A DNA stretch of 64,000 nucleotides from Perna viridis. Taxonomy: Eukaryota. The DNA is taken from the NCBI GenBank assembly GCA_037379345.1, contig CM074511.1:26542862-26606861 (forward strand), given 5' to 3'. Under the pieces are notes generated by a model. The model was not told the origin of the DNA and did not search any database. It was given only the letters and a program-made list of their open reading frames with translations. Made by a program: the position numbers and the translations under genes. This document shows positions 36,701 to 49,119 of this stretch, in pieces (within the stretch, counting starts at the first letter, position 1; every line of letters starts with the position of its first letter).

Positions 36701-39700
36701 ATGGAGTTGAAGTTGTGCCTCCCTAGCGTTTTGTTTTCGTGTTAGTAGAATAAATAATCTGTTCCACCTACATGCGGTATAAACTCCATTATGATCAACA
36801 TGCCAGACAGGAACATTGTCATCAACGTCTGTTACCAGTATTGTTATTTTTATTTTAGTAGGCGTAGTATAGACTGTAGGTAATGCGTCTGATACTGTAA
36901 CCTCTAAAGTCCACTGATAGGCCTCTGTTTCCGCGTCAATGGGTGATTTTAGCTTCAGTGTAGTCCCAGTTATTTCAAACTTCGTTGTATCACCTTAACA
37001 AATGGAAATAGCATTATTTATTACAATTAAACATTTTAGGTGATCTACCAAGGAAGAGAAAATCATGTTCACATGAGACAGGTGGTCTTTATTTATAGGT
37101 TCAATTTATTGAAAACAATGCATAGCTTATTTTAATCATAGACTTCTAAGACAAGTTTTTTGCTGAACCCAAATGGTGGCTTTGACCGGTTTGCTTCTAA
37201 AACTTAATATTTACAGCTGAAAAAAAACACATACATTATAAGTTTAGCCGAATTGGTGTTGATGTAATGATTACTATATACACACAAAATAAAATATTGA
37301 CAATACAATTTAAGCAAAAGCACGTATACTCTGTGGACGTGTTTATGTTTCTTTGGTAAATTTGACTGTAACATTTAAGTAAAATACAAAAATACCAATC
37401 ATATATAAATATCGCAAATTTCGCTATGCTGTACATGCCTTTCAAGGAGAAACAATAACCTCTCAACAACAGCATTAGAATAATTGCATAGCAAGATAGA
37501 GGAAAAAATAGTTAATAAGAAGTACTCAAAACAAAAACAAAAAAGAGCAAAAAAGGAGAAAAATGTGCGATACAAGTCAAAAAGTTCATTTTACTAATTT
37601 TTAAAACATGTATTAGATATGTACAACCTGATGATAGACTAAAAGTAAGTGCTGCGTCTAAAGTCTCATCGTCAGTACAGGTACCGCTAAAATCCTGTAA
37701 AACTGTTGTAGCTGTAGTATCCTCGGTAATTGTCAGTGTGTATATATCTGGAGAGCAAACCTTCAAATCAAATTGTTTTTTCTCTTTTTAAAATTATGTT
37801 TAAAATGGTTCTGTACATTTGCGTTTGTAAAGAGACAAGTTTGGACTATTTTGCACAAAGGTGGTATAAGCTCATTATTTATAAAAAAAAAAAAAAACAA
37901 AACAAAACAAAACAAAAAACAAAACAAAACAAAAAACAAATCAAAACAAAAAACAAAAAACACAACAAACAAATAAGAATGTGATTGTCGACAATTTTAA
38001 TACAAAAATACCAATCATATATATAGAAAATTTCGTGATGCTGAAAACGTGTTTCGAGAAGAAACCTTTGGCCTGAATTAATTTTGATCACAGTGAACCG
38101 AACCCTGAATTAACTGGGAATCTGGTTCAATCAGATATCTTTTGAAATCTGCTTTACGTCAGCTTCTAGTATAGAACCTGTATAATTGACAGTTTTGAAA
38201 TTAAAACATTGAATAACCATCATACCGACTTGGATAAAAAAAATACGAGAAACAACTCATACTACACACTGTTAAACGATCTGAAACGTATACAGAAAAA
38301 CGATCCATGTAACAAATACCAGTGTGACCTTACATATTCCAGAAGGGAAAGTAGTTTCTGCTTTCTACAAGACATCTCGGCTGCTCGTTAAAGGTCAAGG
38401 TAAAAGAAGATGAGCATTTGCACGATTAACTTCGTTTGTAATATTTTATTATTTTATATCTTATTTATCTGTCAATCAGGGGTGCTTATGAACCACAGAT
38501 TTATGCTTCATTATTGGTCCGTACCAAAAATATCGTCTCAGACGACAAAGCAGACGAACCGGAAGTGGAATTAGACAAAAATGGCTCGGTTCGTACCGGT
38601 CAATAGAAAACAAGTCCGGTCACGTAACGAAGGTTACACTTATGACATAAATTGTGTCGTTTATGAACCTACCGGTGCATTATCATTAACATCAGTAACT
38701 GCTATTGTAAGTGTCGTCTGTGTATTTCGTACTGGAGTAAAGCCGACATCATCCAGCTGTAGTGTAAGCAAGTGCGACGTAGATATTTCAAAATCCATAC
38801 CCTTTAGAAGAGTAATTTTACATGATGGCGTTGCTGTAGTTTCGATTCGAAACATCGTTGAGTCACCAGCTTGAAATAAATACAAAACATAAACTAATGA
38901 TAATTTGTAACATAGAGAAATACGTGTTTTGTTAACAGAGACTTGAAATTAAGTTTTACGATAAAGATGATACTTGGTGCATTCGCTTTTATATCAGGTT
39001 TACTCCATAATAAAGATGCTTAAATTTGAAATGTGCCTCTGACATTAAAGTTTCAATTAAATGTGCTAAAGGATTATGTAACAAACAAAAACTACAAGCG
39101 ATATTATTTCGTAGACCTTTATAAAATAAATTCTTTTATGGGTTTTGATTTTTGCGTAACGGGATTGTTGAAATATTTGATTGTGTGTGAGATAATAAAA
39201 CCTGAATTCATATCATGGTAAAAAAATATCAATGTTCGATGTTTTTACCTGCTATGGAACATTTCACTGTCTGGTGGGTATTTGCCGCATTGATTATATC
39301 GGGGTCAGATATTGCAGTCTCAAAGACAAGTCCCGTTCCTGTAATGATGGTAGGTGTGCTTTCTGGTAATGTAACGGTGAATGGTGTGGCATCTGTGAAC
39401 GCTGGATCTTGATCGTTTTCACCAGTAAGGGTGATATCTAACGCAACATCTGTTGTAAGTACAGAAGCACCTCCTCCATCACTAACTCGCACTACAATCT
39501 ATAGAAGACTTAACTCTTCAGGAATGAAAATCTCTTAAGATGTAGATACAGAAGACATGCAAGAAACTACGAGTTAAAGATAAACCACTGAAAGTTACCC
39601 CAAACAAAATTTCAAAAAGTTTACGGTACTAGATATAACATGGTAAAATAAAGTAGAATTCAAGTTCAAACTTAGTTTCAAATTCACTTAAAATGCATTC

Positions 39701-42700
39701 TTATTACGCGTGTTTAAACTATAATGCATAAAAATGTTATAAATAGGATTTAAGTTTACTGTGTATGATGAGGTTGGCAAGGGTGCGTCATAATCAAATA
39801 ATTTGGCCAATCGTATTTCTCCATTTACTCCATTGGCGCCTGTTTTAGTGACACTGAAGTAGCCATCGCCATTTCCAGAAACAATGCTGTATGTCACCTG
39901 ACCATTTGCACCTGAGTCGGCATCTGTACACGTTAAAGTTATTATCAGATCACCGACAGCTGCCGACTCCCTGACCTCCTTGGCATATGCTGAAGAAGTG
40001 CAGACCTATAAAACGTAAAATTCAATACCTTATTGAAAAAAACCATATCTTTTAAGAGTAGAAATTTAAATTTAAGTTATCTTTAGGATTCAGATTTTAT
40101 GATATTCAAATTCTGTACTATATGATAACACAAAGGTAAGACATTGATTGGTCGATGTTGTGTGTTTAATAGTCATATAGATATAATTTTTTAACTCGAC
40201 TATTACGTTACACTTGAAATTAAATATTTGACTCAAATTATGTATTAATTAAATTGTAGAGTAAAACATGAAGCTTGCCAAGTTTTAGCTGCATCATATT
40301 TTAAGGTTTTAATGGCTGTATTCAATCGTTAGAAAAATGAAAATACCTCTACTTACTGGTTTATTATCATTCTCATCAGAGACTGTAATGACTAAATTGG
40401 TTTGTGCAGTTTTTGCAGGAGTAAAACCAGTATCTACAATCTTTAGAGCAATAGTATGTGTTTTGGCAGCTTCATAGTCCAGACTTTCTTTTGCTGTTAT
40501 TTCACATGTTACCGGATCTACGGTTATTTTATTGGAATCTGGTGGTCCATCTTTTAAGTTTAATTGAAAGAAAAGAAATGCCATATTTTTAACTATAGGA
40601 GTGTTAATTTAAAGTCGTTTTCGGCAATTTTTTTCACCAACGAAAATCGTTAAGTAAATTAGTTTTAGCATTGTTGCAATATCGCCCAACCGAGATATTT
40701 TTGCACATTTATTAGATTTACACAAGAATTATACATTATGTAAGTCATTTGTATGTAATACCTACAAACACAGTAAAAGCTTTGTTTCGTTCATCAACTT
40801 TAGTGTTAAAACATATGTACAACTGGAAGGGTGATACTTATTTGGATATCTGTGAAAATGTTTCGAATAAAACAAAATGGAAATACAAAGTTTACTGAAA
40901 ATAATCTAATATTCATTACAAAACAAAATAAGACATTCGAAACATTTGAATTTACGAAAAAATACAAATTTCTATATTTAAATCTTTATCACTAGTTTTA
41001 TGAACTATGATGTAGATAAAACTTTGTAAAAATTTAGGAGCATTTGCAAATAGTATAATTTCAAATGCAATTATTATTTTGTACCTCTAGATTTAGTTTA
41101 CCCACCAACTTTTAAACACATGAAGCTTTGAAAATTAAAATTATCGTCTATCACATCCATGTCGAAAGGAGTCGGTGTATATACGAACGACCCGAATGCT
41201 CTATTTTCAGGCAATGTTGTTGTATAAGGGGTCCCAAGGAATGAAGGGTCAATGTCATTAACTGGGTTTACTTTTAAATTGACAACAACATTAGCTGCAG
41301 CTGACAGAGGTGGAGTACCTCCATCTGTAACTTGTACTGTTATCTAAAAAATTGAAATAATTGGTGTAGTTATAGAGTATAAAAATATGTAAGCATATTT
41401 TATTAATTATGGGTTTCAAAACAGAGATAAGCCAACATATGATAGTATAAATCTGACAACAGAATAATTGTAGATAAGTTGCAGAAGTTGTCGTGCTAAA
41501 TACATCCCCACTCATACAGAAAATTGCTATCGGATATCACTTAAAATCGCTTACAATGTATGTTCCATCTATATACAGCAAAACATTGAATTTGAAATCA
41601 GTCCATATTTTGTAAGCCGAGATTTTCGTGACGAAAATTTTCTCTATCATTCCATATATATTGAAAAACGTCAAAAGTCCCACAAAACAGAAAGTGGAAA
41701 TCGGACAGCATCCAAAATTATTTACAATATGTCCTCATGTATATAAAGCCATACGTCAATTTAATCAATCCATGGGGAGCCAAGATAACTGCGACGAAAT
41801 GCGGACGGCCGGGAGGACTATGTGACTCCACCCACAAGTGGAGTGGGGTTTAAATGTTTGATTTGAAAAGGCTATAAACTTTAACGCAGAATCAAGGCAC
41901 AATGAGCAAGACATAACAGTAGCCATTCTAGCCAGTTATCGAAGAGTAATCAAGAGAACCACAATTCTAGCGGAAATCAAAAGAATGTAATCCAGGGACA
42001 AAGCCCAGACATGGAAAACAGATATACACAACAAAGAAAATAAAATAACCAAAATAATACATACTAAGTAACAAAAGTAAATGAGCAACTCGGACTCCAC
42101 TAAAAACTGGGAGCATGGACCAAGTGCACCGGTAGGGTAAGCGTCCTTAAGTTATCTTTTTGCTTTGAAGCTTTGAACGAAAAGAGATTTATTCTTTCTT
42201 CCCATTTTCATCAAAATACAGAATACTAATTATAATCAAAAAAATAATTTCTTTATAGACAACGTATCTTCCCGGCTTAGGGTGCATTATGGGGATTATA
42301 ACAGCACATACCTGTAAACTGTGAGGAGTAGTAAAGTCGTCATAGTCTATTGCCACAACCAAACTTAAAGCTCCCGCTCCATTGATGCTAAAGTGACCAA
42401 GATCATTTCCCGAAATAATACTGAAGGTTAGAGTGCCATCCGGTGGGGCATCACCATCCGTGCAGGGTAATGTCATTAAAACTGTTGTTGCAGTTGTCGA
42501 CTCATCGAATGCATGTGAAACAGCGTATGAAGTGCACGTTGGATTATTGTTTTGGCCTGCAAAAAAGTCACAAATAAAAATGAAACTTTTTGAGCTAGAA
42601 TATATCAGCATATGCAGTAAAAATCACATACTATAAAATTCAACCTTTTGAAATGTATTTCCCAATTTTTTCTAGCAAACCAATGAAAACTTATTGATTT

Positions 42701-43376
42701 CAAACAAATCGTACGACGAATTTTACGCTTACATTTGTTTTGTAAAATCGACCGCTGGAGTCTAGTAAGTTTGAAATTTTACTCACTGTCAGCTACCCGT
42801 GTAACTAAACATACCCAAAATTTACTCATCATTGTCGAAGCAGTTTTTACAATGTTTTTTGTCTTTTTCGGACAATTTGATTGGAATTTTTTAAGTTGCC
42901 TGATTTGCATGTGTGTTTATACATATTTTTGGTCTTTTGATCAATTTGATCGAAAGTGGATGAGATGCCTGATTAGTGTGCCATACTAAAGCTTATAATA
43001 TTTCATGAGTACATTTACTGAAACAATAACAAAAACAAAAACAAAGCGAAATAAATAAATAAAAAAAAAATAAAAAATGAAAATAACTAAGTTTTCGTGA
43101 GTGCTGTTAAAGTTGCAAATTTTAATAGAAAATTCAAAGTTTATTTATATCGGTCTTGATTTACATCTTAATCTAAAAAAAAAGAAAAGAAACAAACTAC
43201 AAACCCTTTTTTTAATTCGATTTTTTTATACTTTTTTTTTTTGGTAATTTTATCTGTTGTTTGTTATACTTACATTTGAATCTACCAAATAATCCGAATA
43301 AAATTAGAAACAAAAAGAAAATTTTAGGCAAAGAAATTGACCGACAAAAAACATATCTTTTTTCCCAGGCTTTCAT
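15751..43376 (-). CDS. Giant non-classical cadherin-related protein A (~20 EC repeats, membrane-proximal domain, TM, short tail), ~2431 aa, 20 coding exons
   Basis: Phase-consistent GT-AG exons: 43376-43274 (signal peptide MKAWEK...IFFLFLILFGLFG), 42556-42312, 41343-41106, 40550-40357, 40005-39760, 39498-39249, 38869-38673, 37760-37628, 36993-36772, 36249-36109, 35313-35153, 34628-34505, 33486-33241, 32344-28300, 27685-27575, 26584-26249 (TM), 25267-25233, 24560-24517, 17280-17199, 15893-15751; sum 7296 nt is divisible by 3; DxNDN/LDRE/DxD motifs; no EGF/LamG or catenin-binding domain seen. The small tail exons are less certain. Confidence 0.85.
18663..19466 (-). pseudogene. Decayed coding exon (acidic, low complexity) inside a gene A intron
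   Basis: Strong acceptor ttttgttttgtttgtag at 19467; GC-richer coding-like sequence broken by stops and frameshifts; recurring LNW/FKW-acidic motifs. Confidence 0.45.
19760..21351 (+). mobile_element. 5'-truncated Penelope-like retroelement (RT pseudogene plus 3' UTR), copy 1
   Basis: PADKA, YWILKLHK, YDFTTPYTSIP, QTVGIPMGTNCAPLLADLFL, RYIDD, YLDVHL, KLYDKRDDF motifs; frameshift near 20615; 15-nt deletion near 21030. Confidence 0.9.
21352..22022. mobile_element. tRNA-headed non-autonomous element: inverted segment (21352-21506) plus ~1.25 tandem copies of a 409-bp unit (21507-22022)
   Basis: A-box TGGCCGAGTGG 21879-21889, B-box GAGTTCGAGTCC 21943-21954; GTGTTGCCATAGATG repeats at 21507 and 21916; 21352-21506 is the reverse complement of ~21829-21982. 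Confidence 0.85.
23270..23652. mobile_element. Foldback-type MITE with ~55-bp TIRs and AT-rich internal ~21-bp tandem repeats
   Basis: CACGCCGTAT...CCAATTCGTAGATAT at left; ATATCTACGAATTGG...ATACGGCGTG at right; internal ATAAGA(C/T)ATCTTAT repeats. Confidence 0.7.
24089..24234. repeat. Long imperfect palindrome
   Basis: TTCATTTTTTATGTTTCATCG...AAGCGTTGACCG versus CGGTCAACGCTT...CGATGAAACATAAAAAATGAA. Confidence 0.75.
26249..26584 (-). CDS. Cadherin gene A transmembrane exon
   Basis: Hydrophobic VGIAVISTIACAIVLLAIILVLYFYC, homologous to gene B exon 62434-62763 with the same splice phases. Confidence 0.9.
26866..27430 (-). mobile_element. Degenerate, rearranged 3' fragment of the Penelope-like element
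   Basis: RT C-terminal remnant (LLEQSYVATRLKSPLQKFYGRR) at ~27180-27430 and 3' UTR at 26866-27020, separated by unrelated sequence. Confidence 0.8.
27956..28119. mobile_element. hAT-like MITE with 5-bp TSD, copy 2
   Basis: TIRs CAGGGGCGGATCCA / TGGATCCGCGCCTG; TSD TTATG on both sides. Confidence 0.8.
28300..32344 (-). CDS. Cadherin gene A giant exon (4045 bp, ~13 EC repeats)
   Basis: 1326-aa ORF with repeated LDRE, DxD, DxNDNxP; acceptor at 32345-32346, donor at 28298-28299. Confidence 0.95.
33639..33982 (-). mobile_element. Penelope-like element 3' end fragment with duplicated terminal 38 bp
   Basis: Reverse complement of 52770-53078; 33644-33681 repeated at 33682-33719. Confidence 0.85.
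35659..36060 (+). mobile_element. TTAA-target MITE, copy 5
   Basis: TTAA|GTAGC...GCTAC|TTAG; aligns to 112-504. Confidence 0.85.
37882..37972. repeat. Poly-A / (AAAAC)n microsatellite
   Basis: Directly visible. Confidence 0.9.
41941..42147 (-). mobile_element. Short 3'-UTR-only copy of the Penelope-like element
   Basis: Matches the 3' UTR from AGGACGCTTACCC to the terminal TTGATTACTCTT. Confidence 0.85.
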
Positions 43377-44546
43377 GTCGAAAATGACTTACATGTTTTG
43401 TATTTTCAATTATTTATTAAGTTATTATATGAATTGAATATAATATAGTATTTGAGGTTCGCTGTCAAAAAGTGAGGTACTTTGACCTGTTATACCAATA
43501 GGAAGCTGAAAAGATTTTCCGTTCAAATGAATCCAATGAAGAAAGCAATTTATACGTAAAGGCGGGATATTATGGTTTTGTTCACGAATGAAGAAACCTT
43601 TGACGACAGTTACACTTAAACATCGTTATTACAAATATTTATTTGATACCTCGCTTGATGTCAACTAAGTTAATCTTTCATTTTGTGCTAAATAGGTTAT
43701 GGTAAATTTATATGATATTCAAAGGGGCATCGGGATTATTTAAAAGACATTCATTATAATTTTGATAGTTTCTTATGAAAGTAAAAAATTATACATAAAT
43801 AAGTTGTAATTATCTTTCTGTTTGATTTGATAAAATGATTGCTGTCAATAAAAGGTATGTATAAAAATCCAAGGGATTTAACACAGTTGAATGTTTATTG
43901 GTACATATGCAGTGCAACAAAACTCTAAAAACTGGAAGTTTTTGCATTGAAGAAAATATAGTTCTTAAGTACCAGTCAATATAAAATACAGACACTGCCA
44001 ATGGTAAAGTGATGCATGGTGTAGAAAAACCCACCAAACAAATGATGGTTCTTCAGTTTACATATGCTATATTTATACAGAGCAATTTGCATTCCAGTAT
44101 TCAGATCTACACTTTTGAGAAAGTCATACTTCCATCTCCCACTAAAATCAACCAAATGGAACCAAATCAAGAACGATAACTCTTGCAAAGAACCAATTTC
44201 ATGTACAATCTATATAATTTTTATCACAAAAGCGCAGCAACCAAATGAAAAACTAAGACTAGTTATGTGGTCAGTAACTGTCTCTAGACGTATACTTTGA
44301 ATTATCATTGAATGACATAAAGAGAGTTTTCTTATGATTAAGAATAATGAATAAGCTTTCCTAAATAAGAATAATTAATAAGTTTTCTTAAATAATCGTC
44401 AAAATAATCGCAAATATAACAATATGATTCCATAATATAAAAAATATTTGCATTTGAAATTGATATTCATGACTTTATCATAAACAATTTATATTATATT
44501 TTTCTCTAATTTGCAATGTATTTATGTATACAATGCATTTCTCTAT

Positions 44547-45718
44547 GTCCAAGACTATTACTTGAATATCATAGCATTAAAAACTATGATTTTTCAACAC
44601 TGTATACTTCTATTTCCCATACTCAGTTAAAATCCCGACTTAAGAACATTATACATCGTTGTTTTTCCAAACAAGATGGTACACCTAGACACAAATATAG
44701 AGTTCTTGGTAGAGATTCCTCATACTTTGTAAGAAATAATTCCAAATCATCTTCCAAATATACAGAGGAAGATGTTTACAAAATGCTGGAATTTTTAATC
44801 GACAACATATTTGTCCAGTGTGGTGGACGTGTTTTTCAACAAACGGTCGGCACTCCAATGGGAACAAATTGTGCTCCTTTACTTGCTGACCTATTCCTTT
44901 ACTCTTATGGTGCTGACTTTATAGCTGATTTGATCCGAAAGAAAGAATATCGTTTGGCTAGATCCTTCAATATCAGTTTCCCTATATAAATGATGTATTA
45001 TCTTTAAACAATCCTAATTTCGGGGATTTGATATATCGCATCTACCCCAAAGAACTTGAGATAAATGATACTACAGACACTGTTAGGTCAGCCTCATATC
45101 TTGACCTACACTTAGAAATCGATGGTAGAAGAATACTATTGACCAAACTTTACGACAAACGTGATGACTTTCCATTCAGAATGGTCAACTTTCCTTTCAT
45201 CTGTGGCAACATCCCTTCAGCACCTGCGTATGGAGTGTTTATATCACAACTCATACGTTATGCCAGAGCTTGCCGAAACTACGCAGACTTTTTGTATCGC
45301 GCTAGAACTCTAACAAATAGGCTTCTGGAACAGCGTTATGTTGCTACAAGATTGAAGTCATCACTACAGAAGTTTTATGGTCGTCGTCATGGATCGTTAG
45401 GGTGTATCCATCTGCACCATGAAAACTGATTTATACAACGGTTCATAGTTTTCCTTTCTCGTTTGTCTACCCCGGACTTGACATTTATGAGCAACTCGGC
45501 GGGTGTTTCTAGAAAGGCAAAGGACGCTAACCCTATCGGTGCACCTGGTCCATGCTCCCAGTTTTAGTGGAGCCCGAGTTGCTCATTTGCTTTTGTTACT
45601 TTGTATTTATGGTTTTGGTTACTTTATGTTCTTTGTTGTGTATGTCTGTTTTCCATGTTTGGTCTTTGCATTCTTTTGATTACCGCTATAACCTTGTTTC
45701 CCTTGATTACTCTTCCAA
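44547..45718 (+). mobile_element. 5'-truncated Penelope-like retroelement, copy 2 (between the two cadherin genes)
   Basis: Same RT motifs with a frameshift around the YIDD site (44980-44995); complete 3' UTR. Confidence 0.9.
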
Positions 45719-46204
45719 TGTATTTATATACATTTCACTAATTTCCAGTATATTTAATTATGTCCATACGCGCTGTGTAAATGCTAATAAATCTCACGTG
45801 TGAATTTTTCGTTCCCGACAGATGATTGGTTTAAGTTCCATTGTAACGTCATCGAATCGATTTTTTGCCTAAAACGTTACTCACAAAGGTTGAGGGAATT
45901 TGAACTTAATTGTAATTTCTTTTGTTTTGAAAGTTTGCGTCTAACATTATAACTCGTGGATTATCAGAAATCTCCATTGTGTCTTACCCAAAAACATTAT
46001 GCTCGCTGAGTTCAAAACACATTTTTAGTATTGCTATCTAACTAATGTGCTTCATAAGTTGTATAATGGTGACTTTGCCTTGACATCTGATATGAAGAAT
46101 ACCCCACAAAATTGCATTTGTTGGTTAAAACCTGTATATCTTGTTCTTTTTCTTGTTTTATTTCCAGAACTAGTATCAACACAGAAGTACTGATTTTCAT
46201 ATAT

Positions 46205-46520
46205 TTGACCTACTTGACTTATTTATTCCCATGCGGAGCATAGGCATTTGACTATTCCTCCCCATCTTATTATGTTCCTCGCTAAGTAGTGTATCGTGTT
46301 CCATTTTTGACCACTTTCATTAATGTTTATCGAGTACTCTCCTCCAGGTTAATCTTGGTTGTCCCTCTTTTCTTTTTCCTTGAAGTGTCCAGTGAGAACT
46401 TGACCGATGAAATTATTTTTTGCTTTTATGTTGTGTATTCCTTAGCCATTTCCATTTTCTTCTCTTTATTTCTTGTGTACTTGGTATCTGATTTGCTCTT
46501 TCCCAAGATGAACTTTGGTT
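46205..46520 (-). mobile_element. Degenerate 3' end of an RTE-clade LINE
   Basis: Minus-strand translation gives QEIKRRKWKWL...WTLQGKRKEGQPRLTWRR, matching the RTE C-terminal motif W.P.GKR..GRP..TW, followed by an AAGT-like tail. Confidence 0.65.
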
Positions 46521-48059
46521 AGTTTATTTAGCCATAATAACTGATGGTGTCGTATTTAAATATTTTGATATGAGTAAACAGTAATTGGTGGCAAAGTGAA
46601 TATGATATTACTTATTTAAGCATTCGGCATCATTTCATGCATTGCATATATAAGAATCGCATTTGGCTTTCTGATTCATATTTGTTTACTTTTTTCATTT
46701 TAAGTACTTCATGTATATTATTTATTTTTGGGTATTGCTCTTCATGTGTATTTGGATCTAAAGCTGTTAATGAAAGGTTAATCCTTAAAACACGAGTACA
46801 GCATACAGAAAAAAACTTTCAATATTTTCAATATTAATGTTGAACTGGTATTACAATATTTCAAATAAATCTGATCGCAAAACAATGTACATATCATATT
46901 GTGGTCATGACTTTTTTTTATTTAGTACTTAGTAGAATGCATTTGTTAGTTTGTTTTAATCATGTAAAATGCATAGGCTTACAGTTCTATTAAATCGGAT
47001 TATACTCTTACACAACAAAAAGCTTCATTTTATCATATGGAAGCGTGTGTATTATTTCTCTTTTTGTTCTTCATTCAAACAATATCAATGAAAATAGTAT
47101 GTCAAACAATAATTCTACAAATATATAAGTGTATCAAGGATTAAAAAAAACCCATAAATTTCACGAAAAATTATATGTGAAATATTTCATTCGTTTTATG
47201 GATAATGTTGGACAATATAAATATACTACTTAGAAGACATTTGTTTTTCTTACCGTTTTTGTATTCGACATATTTTAATGCATTTCAGAACCTATATAGT
47301 TCCATACATTTCTGAATTTTTAAAAAAAATGATGATAGCTTGATATCGAATGTCAATACAGAAACATGTTATAGAATTTTGAAATATTAGCTCGGAAATT
47401 TATTAATATTGATACAAATGTTCCTTTTTTAATTTCGTTTAGATTATAATGTGCGCAAAACTTCACTTTCAATACTGTTAAAAAATAACTTCAGAGAATT
47501 AAAACAATATTGACTTTCTTTCAAAAGATATTTTTCACTCATTTAGTGGATCAAAGTCGCATCCTTTAAATGTTAACGTCAAACGGTACGTAACATGGTG
47601 TTACCTTTTTAAGATGTTGTTATTCAAAGAACACGCTGTCGTTACTGTATCGTCTATTGATATGCTTGACTTAAAATCTTGAAACGGAAAACAAGTTTTT
47701 GTTTGTTAGTCACTTCACATAAATGCATAAATTTGTTGGTTTTTTTTTAAATCACTTCATCATTAAATGAGATAGAATGACCTGTGGTAGCAGCGTGAAC
47801 CCATTTAAACTGCTTAATCACATAAATAAATGTAATAATATTTTCTGTCTGGATTTTTTTGATACGTCATCATGAACTCTTATATATTTTTTTCTATGGA
47901 TCGGTTGATATTTTTTTGACACGATCAATTAATATTTTGATATCTGTTCAATATTGAGAACTTCGAAACCTGAAAACAGGAAAAATAAGTATTACAGTAT
48001 TATTTATTTTAAAATAGACTATGTTTTCTATTTTCTCAATGTATAAAATCTTTCAGAAT

Positions 48060-48545
48060 TTCACTATGTGTATAAATTGTTTCATTATGTCACTATGAGG
48101 ATAAATTGTTTCATTATGTCACTATGTGTATACAATTTTTTTCATAATGTCACTTTGTATGTATGTTTCATTATGTCACATACATAAATTATTTCATGAT
48201 GTCACTATGTATAAATTGTTTCATTATGTAACTATCTATGAATAGTTTCATGATGCCACTAGTAATAAATTGTTTCATTATGTCACTATGTATGAATTTC
48301 TTCATAATGTCACTATGTATAAATTGTTTCATTATGTAACTATGCATTAATTGTTTCATTATGTCACTATTAATAAATTGTTTCATTATGTCACTATGTA
48401 TGAATTTCTTCATAATGTCACTATGTATAAATTGTTTCATTATGTAATTATGCATTAATTGTTTCATTATGTCACTATGCATGAATTATCATCAGGTCAC
48501 TATGCATAAGCCGATTCATTATGTCATTATGTATAAATTGATTAA
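48060..48545. repeat. 27-bp minisatellite, ~18 copies
   Basis: Unit TGTATAAATTGTTTCATTATGTCACTA; explains the spurious HSDIMKQFI ORF. Confidence 0.9.
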
Positions 48546-49119
48546 AATGACTATATTATAATCATGTAGGAGTACTTTGACATTGACATTCAGTTAAAAT
48601 TATTAATACAGTCCCTAAATTTCTATTGTCACTACGTACAATTTTTAAAGTCACTTTGTATGATATTTTTCCTCTTTATAAATTGTTTGATGTGTCATAT
48701 AAATGGATTAACTTAATTCTGTCTCATGCATAAATTGTTTAAAATGTATTTTACTGTATATTACAGGAAAGGAAACAAAAGACTGCAACAAATAATTTCA
48801 TGAAGCTACATATCCATCATTAAAGATGTAAAGACCAAAGTGGGAAGATTTTTTATCACATTTGCAATAAAAGTAATCTGTAGAGATAAGTCTTTACTGT
48901 GTCTCATGATATGTATTTGACCTCTGTTTAAATTTGACAGGAACACCGAATAAATTCTGCTTATTTACAAGAAGAAAGTTTATTACTCCAATAACAAACT
49001 TAATAATACATCGTAAAAAGTAATGATGTGCAATGTATTGGGCGAATTGTTGAACAATGAAATCAGATAGACCGTCGCCAAGATAAAAGTATTCACACTA
49101 CAGCAGTCTATTAAAGTAA

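Noticed and set aside
42787-42832. Alternative first exon MMSKFWVCLVTRVAD for gene A
   Set aside because: Phase-compatible with a good donor, but a poor signal peptide compared with exon 43376-43274
48189-48482. 97-aa repetitive ORF / CRISPR-like array
   Set aside because: Translation of a spacer-less 27-bp minisatellite in eukaryotic DNA
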